Part shown: positions 26,566-37,494 of the stretch, one piece after another | How positions within the stretch are numbered: the first letter of the stretch is position 1 | Layout of the letters: each line of letters begins with the position of its first letter | Assembly (NCBI GenBank): GCA_010093745.1 | Contig: MU005968.1 | Span: 186,001-250,000, forward strand | Source of the DNA: Piedraia hortae CBS 480.64 | Lineage: Eukaryota | Direction of reading: 5' to 3' | Length of the DNA: 64,000 nucleotides | Position numbers and translations under genes: made by a program | The notes under the pieces: generated by a model | Database searches by the model: none | What the model was told of the DNA's origin: nothing | Seen by the model: the letters and a program-made list of their open reading frames with translations, nothing else

Positions 26566-26941
26566 TGTAGAGATTGGGCTACCGTGGGTGAGAGTGCTCA
26601 GTGGCCCGAAGGGGAAGAAGCGATTGACGGAATCAGGGACAGGACAGATGCAGATGGATATGAGTCGATACCAGTGTCGATATGAGAGTGTGAATGACTA
26701 TATATCTCTATGAGGGGACTTTCAGAATGAAAATTTTGTAACGGTGGGCTGGTGACGTCACGTCGTACACTACCAGGGCGCATTCGCCATGTCACATCTG
26801 ACATGACCTTGAGGGATAACCCCTGTGAGGGAAAATTCCTGTGAGGGAAAAACTAGGTTGCAGCTGGTAGTGTAGGAGGTATCGCTGACTTGCTATGCAA
26901 GTGCCCCGCATACGCGCTAGTGGCGATGCTTGAATCCAACA
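26566..26941. mobile_element. Solo LTR, family A
   Basis: Termini TGTAG...CCAACA; colinear with 58249..58610 and 62268..62638. No clean TSD (tgtgg / ggtgc). Confidence 0.85.
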
Positions 26942-27531
26942 GGTGCCGCAAAGCAACTGCGACCCACGACCTCTACGCGTCATCTTTCCAGGAATGGCAC
27001 CAGCTCGAAGAAATTACCGTCTACTAGGTTCTGCCAAACGGCCAGCGTCTTCTAGCTATGGAACCAAGGCTTCGGTTTCGAGGATATCTTCCTCGAATTT
27101 CAATATGAAGCTCCCCATGTCCGACGACATAGAACAACAACCAGACTTCACCATCCCGTCAACCATGACAGCATCATTATTTATGGGAGCGCTGTATCTC
27201 GCATCCAAAGACTACTCGTTATATGCCCTACGACGACTGAGTATATTACGCAGAATTTCCTTGTTACATCCAACAAGAAAATTTCGTGCATTTGCGTCGC
27301 GGTGGAAGCATTCAAGTAAGCGCAGGACAGGCATGATCACAAAATCATGCTGACTTTGAGCAACCGAAAGCTGCAAAGTCCTTGAATATGAATACTCCAA
27401 TGTACTTGGGATTTGGCAAGATCTCAAACCCCCTCCGTGACGGTCTGAGCCCAGAATGAAGACCACAATGACTGGTCAATCTGGCCAACACTCTAGAACA
27501 TGCCTCAAAACAACCGCCAAGAAGACAAACA

Positions 27532-28290
27532 ATGACCAAATTACTCCAAGATGATTCAACGGACTACACCAGTTCGACAGACACCGTCGCGTCGAAGAAC
27601 AAGCAGAGGTTAAATCCCGATTCCGGCTCTGCCGAGCGCCAGGCAGAGCGGGAGGTATTTGCGCAAGAAGACCCTGTGAAGTACACCAACAAGGCCTTGG
27701 CGGATGACGCGCACAATGAAGTTGGTGGGGAGAAGGGACCGACAAGAGCCAGAGTCGGCAGCTCCATCAATCACGCACCTAGGAGGCAGCTGGGTGCGCC
27801 GTCGTCGAAAATCGACCCGCCCAAGTGGAGCAGGAGCAGCGTGGCCACCAGCTTCCGGGTCCCAACATTTGCTCAATGCCAGACCCGAGCCTCCACCAGC
27901 ATCCCAGAGCGCTACAGGCCCGTTGCGCGGCGCCAGCTTCGAGGCAGATATAGCGCGGGAAAGCCATCGACTATACGAAGGGCCACAGAAAGCCAGGTCA
28001 TTCCCTCTCGGCATTCCAGAAGGCGTCGGCTCCCTCCACAACGGGTCGCGCGGGCCTGTCGAGGCCTTGAAGACAATATGAGCGACTTCCACCAAAATAT
28101 GAAGGAGGTTTATGCGCAAATGCGTGAAGTCTTCTCGCCGAGGGCAGACCGACTGGCCGACGCATGCCGCCAAGACTACGAGACCTTCTCACACGCCCGA
28201 CGCTGGCACGAAGCATGTGACTGGGTAGAGCGTTGGGCTCCCCAGGACTTTTACCCCGTACCAGCTCCCGAAAATCCAACGGTGTCGTAG
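27532..28290 (+). CDS. Hypothetical protein (Arg-rich, helical C-terminus)
   Basis: 252-aa ATG-initiated ORF with no recognised motif. Confidence 0.4.
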   Translation: MTKLLQDDSTDYTSSTDTVASKNKQRLNPDSGSAERQAEREVFAQEDPVKYTNKALADDAHNEVGGEKGPTRARVGSSINHAPRRQLGAPSSKIDPPKWSRSSVATSFRVPTFAQCQTRASTSIPERYRPVARRQLRGRYSAGKPSTIRRATESQVIPSRHSRRRRLPPQRVARACRGLEDNMSDFHQNMKEVYAQMREVFSPRADRLADACRQDYETFSHARRWHEACDWVERWAPQDFYPVPAPENPTVS

Positions 28291-29264
28291 GGGCGGTACG
28301 AAAGCCACAATCACTTGTATTGGCTCATGAAAAACACGAAAGGCCAATGTAAGTGTTCGCCGTGGCAGGATATGGTTTTAAGGCCAAATAATGAGCGGGT
28401 TTGGTCTCAGGTACAAGGTATATTGCACCTAAGCAGCGTGATGCTGAACTAGCTAGCGTGGACCGTCCACTCGTGTGCGCATCATGGAGTCGAGCTAACA
28501 CCCACAAATGGTATCTGGACAGGCACAAGCATTTTGAATAATCATGAGCTCTATTCAGGCATCACCGAGCCGTGTATGGTGAGGTGAATTCTCAGTACAA
28601 GCGCCGAACGTGGCAATTTGTGGCCTGTGGCCAAGAGGTTTGAGTTTGGACAAAACTGGATGGATCCATCTTTTTCATCGTAGATAGGAGAATCCTCACT
28701 TACTTGAATTACATGCTCAATCATGCGCGTATGAGAAGACAACCCACCATTGCCCGCGCGACGAGTAGAAAGTTTGCTTGAGAAGACAGACTGCCTTCAT
28801 GGCTGACATTAGAATTTGTTTATCGCTACTGCAGAACACTGGGAATTAATTGCTCTCACGTCAATGCCTGGAAGGGTCACTCTTTCTTGAGGACATTGGA
28901 CATATTCGCTCCGCAGAGCAACTCCTTGCAATCGTCAGATCAATATTGGCCTTGAAACCTGAAAAACTCGCAGTTCGAGTTTCCATATCGTGAGTCCCGC
29001 CGCAGATCTATCCAATACCTTTGTGGACCAATTCCGTCTTGGACCTAGCGTCGACGCGCCAAGCAACGCGGCCCCACTTCACAATCAATCTCGGCCTGAA
29101 GCGAATTTCTCTTGACTCTTAGAGCCATTCTCAGAAACTAACCGGACCATCACTTACACCGATCTCCTCCTCCCTCACCGCCTTTTTTCCTCAATTTCGA
29201 TTTCTTCCCTCTCCTCTGAGCAACTTAAAGCATCACCAATACGCCTGCTGGGAAAGCAACCACG

Positions 29265-29814
29265 ATGCTGCCAACCGAGTCGGCGCTTGCGCCATTTACT
29301 CCGGAAGAGCGCACTTTCATGTCCCTCGCCTGGCTTTTCGCCGACGTCATCCCTGAGGTATATGTTCTCCCCATTACCCACCAAATCCTCCGCGCACTAA
29401 CATCTATAGTTTAACATCAATGCGATCGCGCATTTCAAGCGCAAGCAAGTCGCCGATGTCCGCAGGGCTTGGGACGACCTCGTAGGTAGGATTACGGCGC
29501 AAAAAGCGGCCATCGAAAAGCAAGTCGAAGAGGACAAACTCGTTGCACAAGCGAATCGCGCGACAAAGCGCAAGGCAAAGAAAGAAGCGAAGAAGCAGGT
29601 CACGGAGAAGAAAAAGAAGAAGCAGGCCGCTCAAGCTGCAGTTGTCAAAGGTGCTGCCCGGGGGAAGGCCGACGCTACAAAGACGACAACGACGTCAACT
29701 ACATCGACTAAGAGCCAAGGTAATACTGAAAAGGGGAAGAACGGTGTGCATGGCAAGAAAAGGGCCGCGGAGGCTGCCAATGGGGGCGTGAACAAAAAGA
29801 GCAAGCACAAGTAG
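29265..29814 (+). CDS. Lys/Ala-rich basic protein with a small helical (Myb-like) N-domain, family copy 1, intact (intron 29358..29409)
   Basis: 31 + 135 codons in frame: MLPTESALAPFTPEERTFMSLAWLFADVIPE | FNINAIAHFKRKQVADVRRAWDDLVGRI...KKEAKKQVTEKKKKKQAAQAA...GKKRAAE...KHK*. Confidence 0.8.
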
Positions 29815-30180
29815 TGTAATAGCGCCGCATTTTAATTTTTTTGCGTCAGAGAGTGTCAATAACAAAACGTGTCAGTTTTCCATTTTGCTGTGAGTGTGTT
29901 TGTATGAGGTGCATGTCCGTTCTCGTGCATAGATGGTGCTGCACAAGGAATCAGCAGAGCAATACCTTACTTCGATGTGGGCAGAAAAGACAAAAGCTTC
30001 GAATGAGAATCAAGCTTTATGTGATTCTCAGATCACAAGCCGGGCGTGATGCCTGTGTTGAGTTCGATCACGTTTATCAGACTGTTGGGAATCATAGACT
30101 TGATTTCGATGTGGACAATGGTTTGTTGTTCATTCATGAGTGAAGACGTGGATCATGGTGTGTATGGTGCTTGTGAGTGA

Positions 30181-30538
30181 TGAAACAGATGGTACGTGCG
30201 AATGAGAACGATAGATGGAGATTAGAGATATGTGTACAAGTGAATACGAGGGGACCTCGGAGAATATATTCTGGGCTGAAAGATCCTTGCGTAGCCTCGT
30301 ATAAAGAGTCATCAATCTTATAACCAGAAGCAAGTGGTCATACATGCAGTAAGACCGTCAGCATGCAGTCTTACTCCATGACTCATCACGAACATTAGTA
30401 GGGCGCATTCACCATGTCGCATGCGACATGACCCTGAGGGAAGCCTCTGTGAGGACAAAACCTAGGGTACAGCTGCTGGTGTGAGAGGTGTCGCGTATTG
30501 GCATCGTACACTCATAGCAACGAGACTTCATGCCAACA
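30181..30538. mobile_element. Solo LTR, family B
   Basis: Colinear with 54017..54389 and ends in GCCAACA. Near-perfect TSD agtga / aatga; left edge uncertain by a few bp. Confidence 0.8.
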
Positions 30539-31081
30539 AATGAAACAGTCTCTTGGCATCATGTGCAATGGACCTTGTTTTTTCTGCTTCCGCCAGTCAT
30601 GCAATGATGGGTATGTTTCCTTCGTGAAAACGCTCTTGGCTGCTCCTTTAGGGGTGCTGGTACAGATCTTGCGTGTGAAAGTCTTGAATCTTTCCCGTTC
30701 AGCTGATCATCCCGGAGCGAAGTCATAAAGGTCACCTTCGGGAGGCGTAGAGCAATCTCTCATCAAGAAGTAGCACTGACTGCCAATTCAGAGGCAAAAG
30801 TGTTTCTTGGTTCGAAAGTAGCTTACCTGGAGTAATTTCATTGAAGTGATTACCGACATAAACTCTGTAGAATCAGTTACTAACCTGGCGCTTGCACTCG
30901 TAGAAAGTCCATCTCACGAACCTACCTAGCCTCTCCCATGCATGCTTGGCAAACCTTATGCCATGCGTGTAGGTAGCATTATCTACACAGCAAACCAGAT
31001 ACATGCCTACACCGAAAGAAAAAAGAGAAAGGGAGAATTGACGCATTATGCTCATGATACCCGCTATCACGGAAACAGAGA

Positions 31082-31661
31082 TCATGTTAGCCCCTGCGTA
31101 CGCTTCATCATTTTCTGCGCGCCTTCATCAATGGTCTCCGCAGGCCTCTTGGTGCCACGAGCCGCCTTCTTGCCTTTCTTTCCAGCGCCTTGGCCTTCGG
31201 CAGATGGAGACGTTGTCGTGACCATCGTTACGCCAGAGTTCCCTTTGGCAGAGCCCTTGACAGTTGCAGCCTGAGCGGCCTTGGCCACTTTCTTTTCAGC
31301 CGCCTTCTTCTTCATTTCTCTATTGGCCGCGCGCTTGGCCGCGCGCTTCTCCTTCGCGTCGATCTGTTCCTGCTTGATTTCATCGTCGATCGCCTCCTTC
31401 TGTCCGTCGATCTTGTCTTGAATACCCTCCCAGTCGGTGCGCATGTTCGAGGCACGCCTCCTGTACATCTGGGCAAAGGCATTCATGTCCACCTATAGAT
31501 GTTAGCGCATTGAAGAATTTGGTGGGTAAGGGAGATGCTTGTACCTCCAGGGGCTTTGCAAAGAAATGGTGAGCCAACGCCATAAAGTCGCGTTCCTCGA
31601 GCGTAAAGACCGCGAGCGCCGACTCGGCGGCGGGCGTCGGATGTATCTTTTTGCCAGGCAT
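31082..31661 (-). CDS. Lys/Ala-rich family copy 2, intact (intron 31493..31544)
   Basis: MPGKKIHPTPAAESALAVFTLEERDFMALAHHFFAKPLE | VDMNAFAQMYRRRASNMRTDWEGIQDKI...KKKAAEKKVAKAAQAA...GTKRPAE. Intron position and branch sequence match copy 1 (ctaacatctatag). Confidence 0.8.
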
Positions 31662-32427
31662 GGTTCGTCCTTCAATTTGGATGGAAATGGAGGGAAAGGA
31701 AGATAACAACGCGAGGGGAGAAAAGATAAGACGGGAGGTGGAAGTGGAAGTGGCTGGTGTGAGTGCTGAAGTGGAAGTCGCCTAGGGAACGGCGAAATAG
31801 GACGTTGATGGCATTCACTTGAGGCGGAATCGACTAATTGGGGTTGATGTGGGACTGCTTGGCGCGCCAAGCAACAACGAGCTGACACTTGGCGTAAGAT
31901 GTGATTGGTTCACAACTGTCAGGAGTGTCAAACGGTGTTATGAAGATGCAGGTGCGCACTAAGGGGGTTACTCGCCTGACAAGGGCTTGATTTGCAGGTA
32001 GAACCCTCGTGACTAAAGCCTTGTACGAGAAAGGCTTTGGGAGAAATTCCTTGCTCAGCTGCTTATTATGGAGTGAAGTCTTAATGGAAGGCGACATGCA
32101 CGAATAGGGCACTCTTTTTTCAAAATATTATAACAACTACAAAATAGGAAGAAGAGGCGAAAGTGTAGAGCATGCCACGATAGCTTGGCTTGTGAAATTC
32201 CAATGAAGGGATCACCAAAATGGATTCTGTAGCACTAGTAACTGAGTTGACGTTAGTACACTCTGAAAAGCCGATCTCCTGAACCTAAATCGCTGCTTTC
32301 GTGCAAGCCTGGCAAGCCTTCTGCCATGCACCTCGATGAGACGCCCTTACGGCAAAAGCAGAACTTTGACACATCTTGTTCATAACACCTGCCGCTGCGG
32401 AGACATACCAGGTGTTGCCCCCAACTA

Positions 32428-33217
32428 TTAATGCTTCATAGCCTCGCCCGTGCTATCTTTAAGGCTTTCGGCAGCCTTCTTGGTGCCACGAACGGATTTC
32501 ATGCTCTTCTTGGCAGCACCTTGGCCCTCGGCCGACGTAGTCGCCTGTGCCTGTGGCGTAGCATAAGCATTTTGCTTAGCAGTGACCTTCACAGCCGCAG
32601 CCTGGGCAGCCTTCTGCTTCTTCTTATCCGCTGTCAGTTTCTTGGCCTCTTTGTTCGCGGCGCGCTTTGCACCATGTTTCTCCTTGCCATCGATTTGCTC
32701 CTTCTGTCCGTCAATTTGATCCTGAATCCACTTCCAGTCAGTGCACATGTTCGAGACTCGCTTTCTGTTCAGGTGGGCGAAAAAAGCGAGGTCGACCTTT
32801 AGATGTTAGCGCATGTGTTGGAGGATAGTTTTTATGTAGCTTAATCGTTCTGAAGATTGAGGTTTTAACAAAAAAACTTCATCTTTTCTGATGTTCAGCA
32901 GCAAGCTTATATACAAGTAGCATCTTTTTTCAAACAGTTTCAAATATTACTCCATTACCCCACTGTCCTCTTTATTATGCTCTTTGAGTATTTTGCTATA
33001 CAGGATTTTTCTTTGTATAGTCTTTGTTATCAGACCGAGGTATGGCACCAATAATTCTCAACAACATCATGGAAGGATTCGGTGTGTAAGGGGGAGGGTC
33101 GTACCTCCAGACGCTTTTCAAATGGCGAGCCAACGCCACAAAATCGCGTTCTTCCTGCGTAAAGAGTGTGAGGGGCGACTCTGCGGCTGGCGATGGGTGT
33201 ATCTTTTTTCCAAGCAT
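32428..33217 (-). pseudogene. Lys/Ala-rich family copy 3 (exon-1 frameshift; solo LTR in the intron)
   Basis: MLGKKIHPSPAAESPLTLFTQEERDFVALA plus exon 2 ..CTDWKWIQDQIDGQKEQID..KKQKAAQAAAVK. Confidence 0.75.
32816..33066. mobile_element. AT-rich solo LTR inserted in the intron of copy 3
   Basis: TGTTG...CAACA inverted termini with flanks gcatg / tcatg. Removing it restores an intron colinear with that of copy 2. Confidence 0.8.
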
Positions 33218-33241
33218 GTTGCAATGCTGCTTGCTTTCGTG

Positions 33242-34159
33242 TTAAGGTAAAGGGAAACGGTGACATTTGGGCTTGCCGGACTTTCTACTGCGCCGGGTCC
33301 GGCGCCCTGCGTTCCCGGCCGACTGGAATAGGCTGTTCGCTGCCTCCACCCGCTGGGCGATCTCCTTCACCTCCATGTATCCGGAGTCCGGGAATTGCAG
33401 GACCTCCCGGCGGATTGGTTCCTTAAGCGCGTTGACGAACAGTCCCTTCTTGGCCGGTTCCAGCCATCCCAGCATGTCGCAAAGTCCTTCCAACTGCGCG
33501 ACCAGCTGGCCCACCGTGGTTGTCTGCTTGAGGTGGGTTAAGGTGTATTCATCCCGTTGGCGACGGATCGCGTCGGACTCGCTGAAGGTGGAAACAAGGG
33601 CCCCCTCCAGGGCGCTCCATTGTTGCAGCAACTGGGGCTTGGAAGGCAGCGTCCTTACGAACCACTCCCGGGCTACTCCCCGAAGTTGGTTTGCTGTATA
33701 CGCGCACTTAATCCTCGTATCCCCTAAGTCACTGTCGAGAAGCTCCTTCAATTTGACATGCGTCAGGAACGCAGGCAGCGTGCCGGCCTTGCCAGCGAAC
33801 GTCTGCCCATCCGACGCGTCAACCTCATAGCTCGTCTGGGGCTTGGTGTCGATCTCCATCTTGGGCCCAAGCGAATCCAACGGAGGGTGGTCGTCGTCCG
33901 ATTCGGAATATTGTTCGTCCGACGGACAAGTGTCGGGCCAGAACCCGGCGGCGGTGCGTTCCTCGGTTGGAGTGTGCAGAGGGTGGCGAGAGAGAGCGAG
34001 TGCCCGTCCCGACGGCGGCGTATGTGTAGGGCGAGCCGTCCTACCTGAAGAACTCATAACGCGACGGCAGAGAATGTGGGGAGAGAAGAGGAAGTGATCA
34101 GTGTGAATACCGCTCGGGGGTTGCTTAGAGGACGGCGGTGAGGGTTGAGCGCGGTTCAC
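33242..34159 (-). mobile_element. Ty3/gypsy-type Gag (retrotransposon capsid) ORF without pol
   Basis: FAGKAGTLPAFL...KCAYTANQLRGVAREWF...WSALEGAL..TF...LTHLKQTTTV...LF.NALKEPIRREV is the Retrotrans_gag pattern. The ORF ends just after KPKCH, where a zinc knuckle would begin. Confidence 0.8.
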
Positions 34160-34409
34160 TTGGGGCGCGTTCGGTTGAAGAGTGCTGTTATTGTGTTGCT
34201 TAGTGCGTCGTTAGCATCACCATTATTTCCCAGTTGGGTAGGTTCTCTTGCGTGCCGAAGATGTGCCGAATACCAATTAGGGAAAAAGAGGCAAAAGTGT
34301 GCATTCGCCCCACAAAAGTGTTGTTTGTACCATTAAAATCTAGTGGGGTTCTAGCCACGAGCAGAGGTCTTGCCCTTACCAGTGCCTCGGCTCTCGAGAC
34401 ATCAGGCGT

Positions 34410-34940
34410 TGCTACCCATTGCGTGCGCTTTACCACCTTGTGCGGTCCCTCTGCAACAGTCCTCACAGCCCTTTTCTTGCCATGAGCGGAGTTCTTGCCT
34501 TCAAAAGTGCCTTAGTCCTTGGCTGGCGTAGTCGACGTCGTCATTTTCAGAGCACCAGCGCTCCCCCTGGCAGTACCATTCGCGATAGCAGCCTGGGCGG
34601 TCTTTGCCAGCTTCCAAGCTTCTTTTTGCCGCATGCTTGGCTGCACGATTCGCTTTCGCAGGAAGCTTTTTTTCTTCGAGCTGCCTTGCTATGGCCACTC
34701 TTTGCGCCGCTATTTTAGCAACGAGGTCATCCCAAGCCCTGCGGACATCGGCTGCGTGCTTGCGCTTGAAATGCGCGATCGCATTGAAGCCGAGTTATAG
34801 GCGTTAGTGCGTAGAGGCCATACAGCCGGAAGCTTTCCATGGCAAATGAGGGTCAACGCCATGAACGGACGCTCTTCGGGAGAAAGCGTCGAGAGCGGCA
34901 ACTCAGTAGGCAGCATCGGGTGTGCTTTCTTTGCAGGCAC
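34410..34940 (-). pseudogene. Lys/Ala-rich family copy 4 (inverted duplicate of copy 1), disrupted
   Basis: PAKKAHPMLPTELPLSTLSPEERPFMAL; shortened intron with its acceptor changed to AA; frameshifted K/A tail ending in ..EGPHKVVKRTQW. Confidence 0.72.
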
Positions 34941-36589
34941 ATTGGTGATGCTTTGTGTTGCTCGGTGAATTAGGGGAGAACAAGATGGAGGAATTAAAAG
35001 CAGTGAGAGAGGAGGAGGTCGGTGTGCTACTCCAGTTAGTTTCTGAGAAATGGCTCTAAGAGTCGGGAGAAATTCGCTCCAGGCCAGATGAGTTTGAAGA
35101 TCTTGGTGTAGTGGTGCTCAACGCATCATCAACGTCGTTAGCATCTTTATCATTTCCTTGTTGGGTAGGTACCCGTGCATTCTGAAGTTGTACCGAATAC
35201 CGATTCGGGATCATCCGCCCCACAAAAGTTTGCCTGGTAAAATTCTAGCTCAGTGGACATCGAGATGAACTCTTTCGTGTCGGTAACAGAGTTGACGCTT
35301 ATGTCCGTAGAAATTTCATCCCGTGAAACTATTCCTCCCACGCATGCTTGGCAATCCTTATACCGTGCATGTATATAGATGGTATCAAACATTTACATTT
35401 GAAGCAAGAAGAAGACTGACACGTTCTGTTTCGTGAGTCTATCGCAGTCGCGGGAGCAGGAAGTGCTCAACCATCACTTGCGCTTCATCCTTTTGTTGAA
35501 ACCCTCATGAGCAGTTTTCGCAGTTCTCTTCTTTTCGCGACGGGTTCCCTTGCGCTTCAGGGAAAGGTGGTATAGAGGCTGGGTGACATTCACTTTGGGG
35601 TGGGACCGATTTGACAGTGTCGTTGCTATACTCTTTTGTCGAGTGTCGTTATCGTTGTCCCCACCCACATCATTTCCAACTTTTTTCATTGTCCTCATCC
35701 GATTGCCCCCTCTTCCGAGCGCTGTGGCCACCGCGCCTGCATTTACATTTGGCCAGGGTCGCCTGCGAAGAATATGGAGCGGTATCGGCGACAGCAGGCG
35801 GAGTGAATGTTGGCTGAGTGGCAGCAGGCTGGACAGCGGCGGACTCAGCACCAGCAAGCGCCATCCTCTTCTGCAATGATCTATATATAGGCCGCACTGA
35901 CGACGGCGATGCGCGGCCCTAGCAGGAGAGAATGAGGGTGCGAAATTAGCCCTTGTGCCAAACCCGTACGGAGCGGGCGACATAGAGGGCTCGTTTCCAT
36001 TCATGTCTTGTCGATGGATCAGTATCTCCGCGTGGCATGTAATGCCCATGGTGTTGGGGCTGTCAGAATTGGGACCACGTTTCAGCGTTGATCGTGCTTA
36101 AATACCGTAGTCCTTGCATTCGTCCCATTGTGGAACTTTTCATCTTTGCTGTCGAGCTTGGGCAGGTTGGAGACGTCGATCTTCAGGGATATGTGCCACG
36201 GTGTTGCAGATGAGTCCCCATTGGGCTGCGAGACCTGAGAGCTACACATTGGTGCCATAAAGCACAAGGTGGACTACTCCCGGGCTCATAACCTGATCGC
36301 GCATGTGCGTGGTGATCGTAGCGTAGCGTCATGTGCAGGATGGATGCAGTTGTCGCGGGCATGAAGCCACTTACATCACAATGATCGCCGCCAGAGCAGG
36401 GTCGCACCCGGCCATGTCTGAAGTATTCCGGCTAGGCTAGTGAGGAGATGATCGAGATCATTCTACTTCTTGTGGTAAAGTAGGAAGGCTACGACATAGT
36501 AGTACTGTGGATTCATAGCCTTCCTACGTTCATCGCATCCCTGCGATAGCAGTATTTGCGATTCTGTGTCTGCGGATCTGTGTCTGTAG

Positions 36590-36860
36590 AAAAGAGGAAG
36601 TGAGGGGCAGAATTGTGTGCCAAGACTGCCCCACATTTCGGCACCGCCCGGGCTCTACGTGCCATGACGTAACCACATCCAAGGGGAATATCAGTAGAAA
36701 CTCCAAGGCGATCCCCCCACTAGGAGAAAGCCCACCCAGGAGTTGAAGGATGTGTCACGTGATGACCATGAACAACGTCCTTTCATGTATGCAGTATACA
36801 TAACAATACCATTACGTATGTCTTAGTGTACTCACACTATCATTTCGTCCCCTTTAACTC
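36590..36860. mobile_element. LTR-derived fragment (boundaries approximate)
   Basis: 36738..36859 is the reverse complement of about 50492..50610, which is a copia 3' LTR. 36596..36680 is the reverse complement of about 60990..61076. Confidence 0.7.
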
Positions 36861-37494
36861 CAGGTGCTTTATAGCAGCGAAGCTTCATGCCTACAGTGCA
36901 CAACCTTGCCGTCGGAAGAATGAGGTTATCAGTCCATCTGACCAACCACTTATCTTCGATTGCATTCTACAATAGTTGATGTTATTATTGATATCCATAC
37001 CCTCTTCCTTTTCAATTGAAGTTACGATTCCCAAAACCAAGAACTCAGTGACTGAATTGGTGTTCGTGCCAGTTGAGAAGTCCATGGTTGAAACCAGATT
37101 ACCCTGGCGCATGCTTGGCAAACATTATGCTATACATGTAAACGGCACCGACAATGCTAAGAGAAGAGGAAAAACTGATATATTCCGTTTCATGACACGG
37201 CCCCAGGCGTATCAACATCGAAGGGAGTGCTACATAACACTACTTGCGTTTTATCCTCTTGCTGGCACAATCATCATGAGGTATTACATACGCCGTGGGC
37301 CGGGTTCATGTCGACGAGCGAAAACTAGGGAAGACATCCAATTTCGCATTTCTTCATGCCCCTTCTTCGCAGTTCTGGGGTGCATACCCTTCATCTGAGT
37401 TGCCTCTCGATTTCACTGTCCCCCACGGTGTCTAGTAGTATTTGTAACTGAACGCTGTTAAGAAGAATCATCCACCATTAACGAGAGCCCTAGT

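Noticed and set aside
20000..37400. Starship giant element
   Set aside because: I could not identify a DUF3435 tyrosine-recombinase captain or element boundaries in this window.
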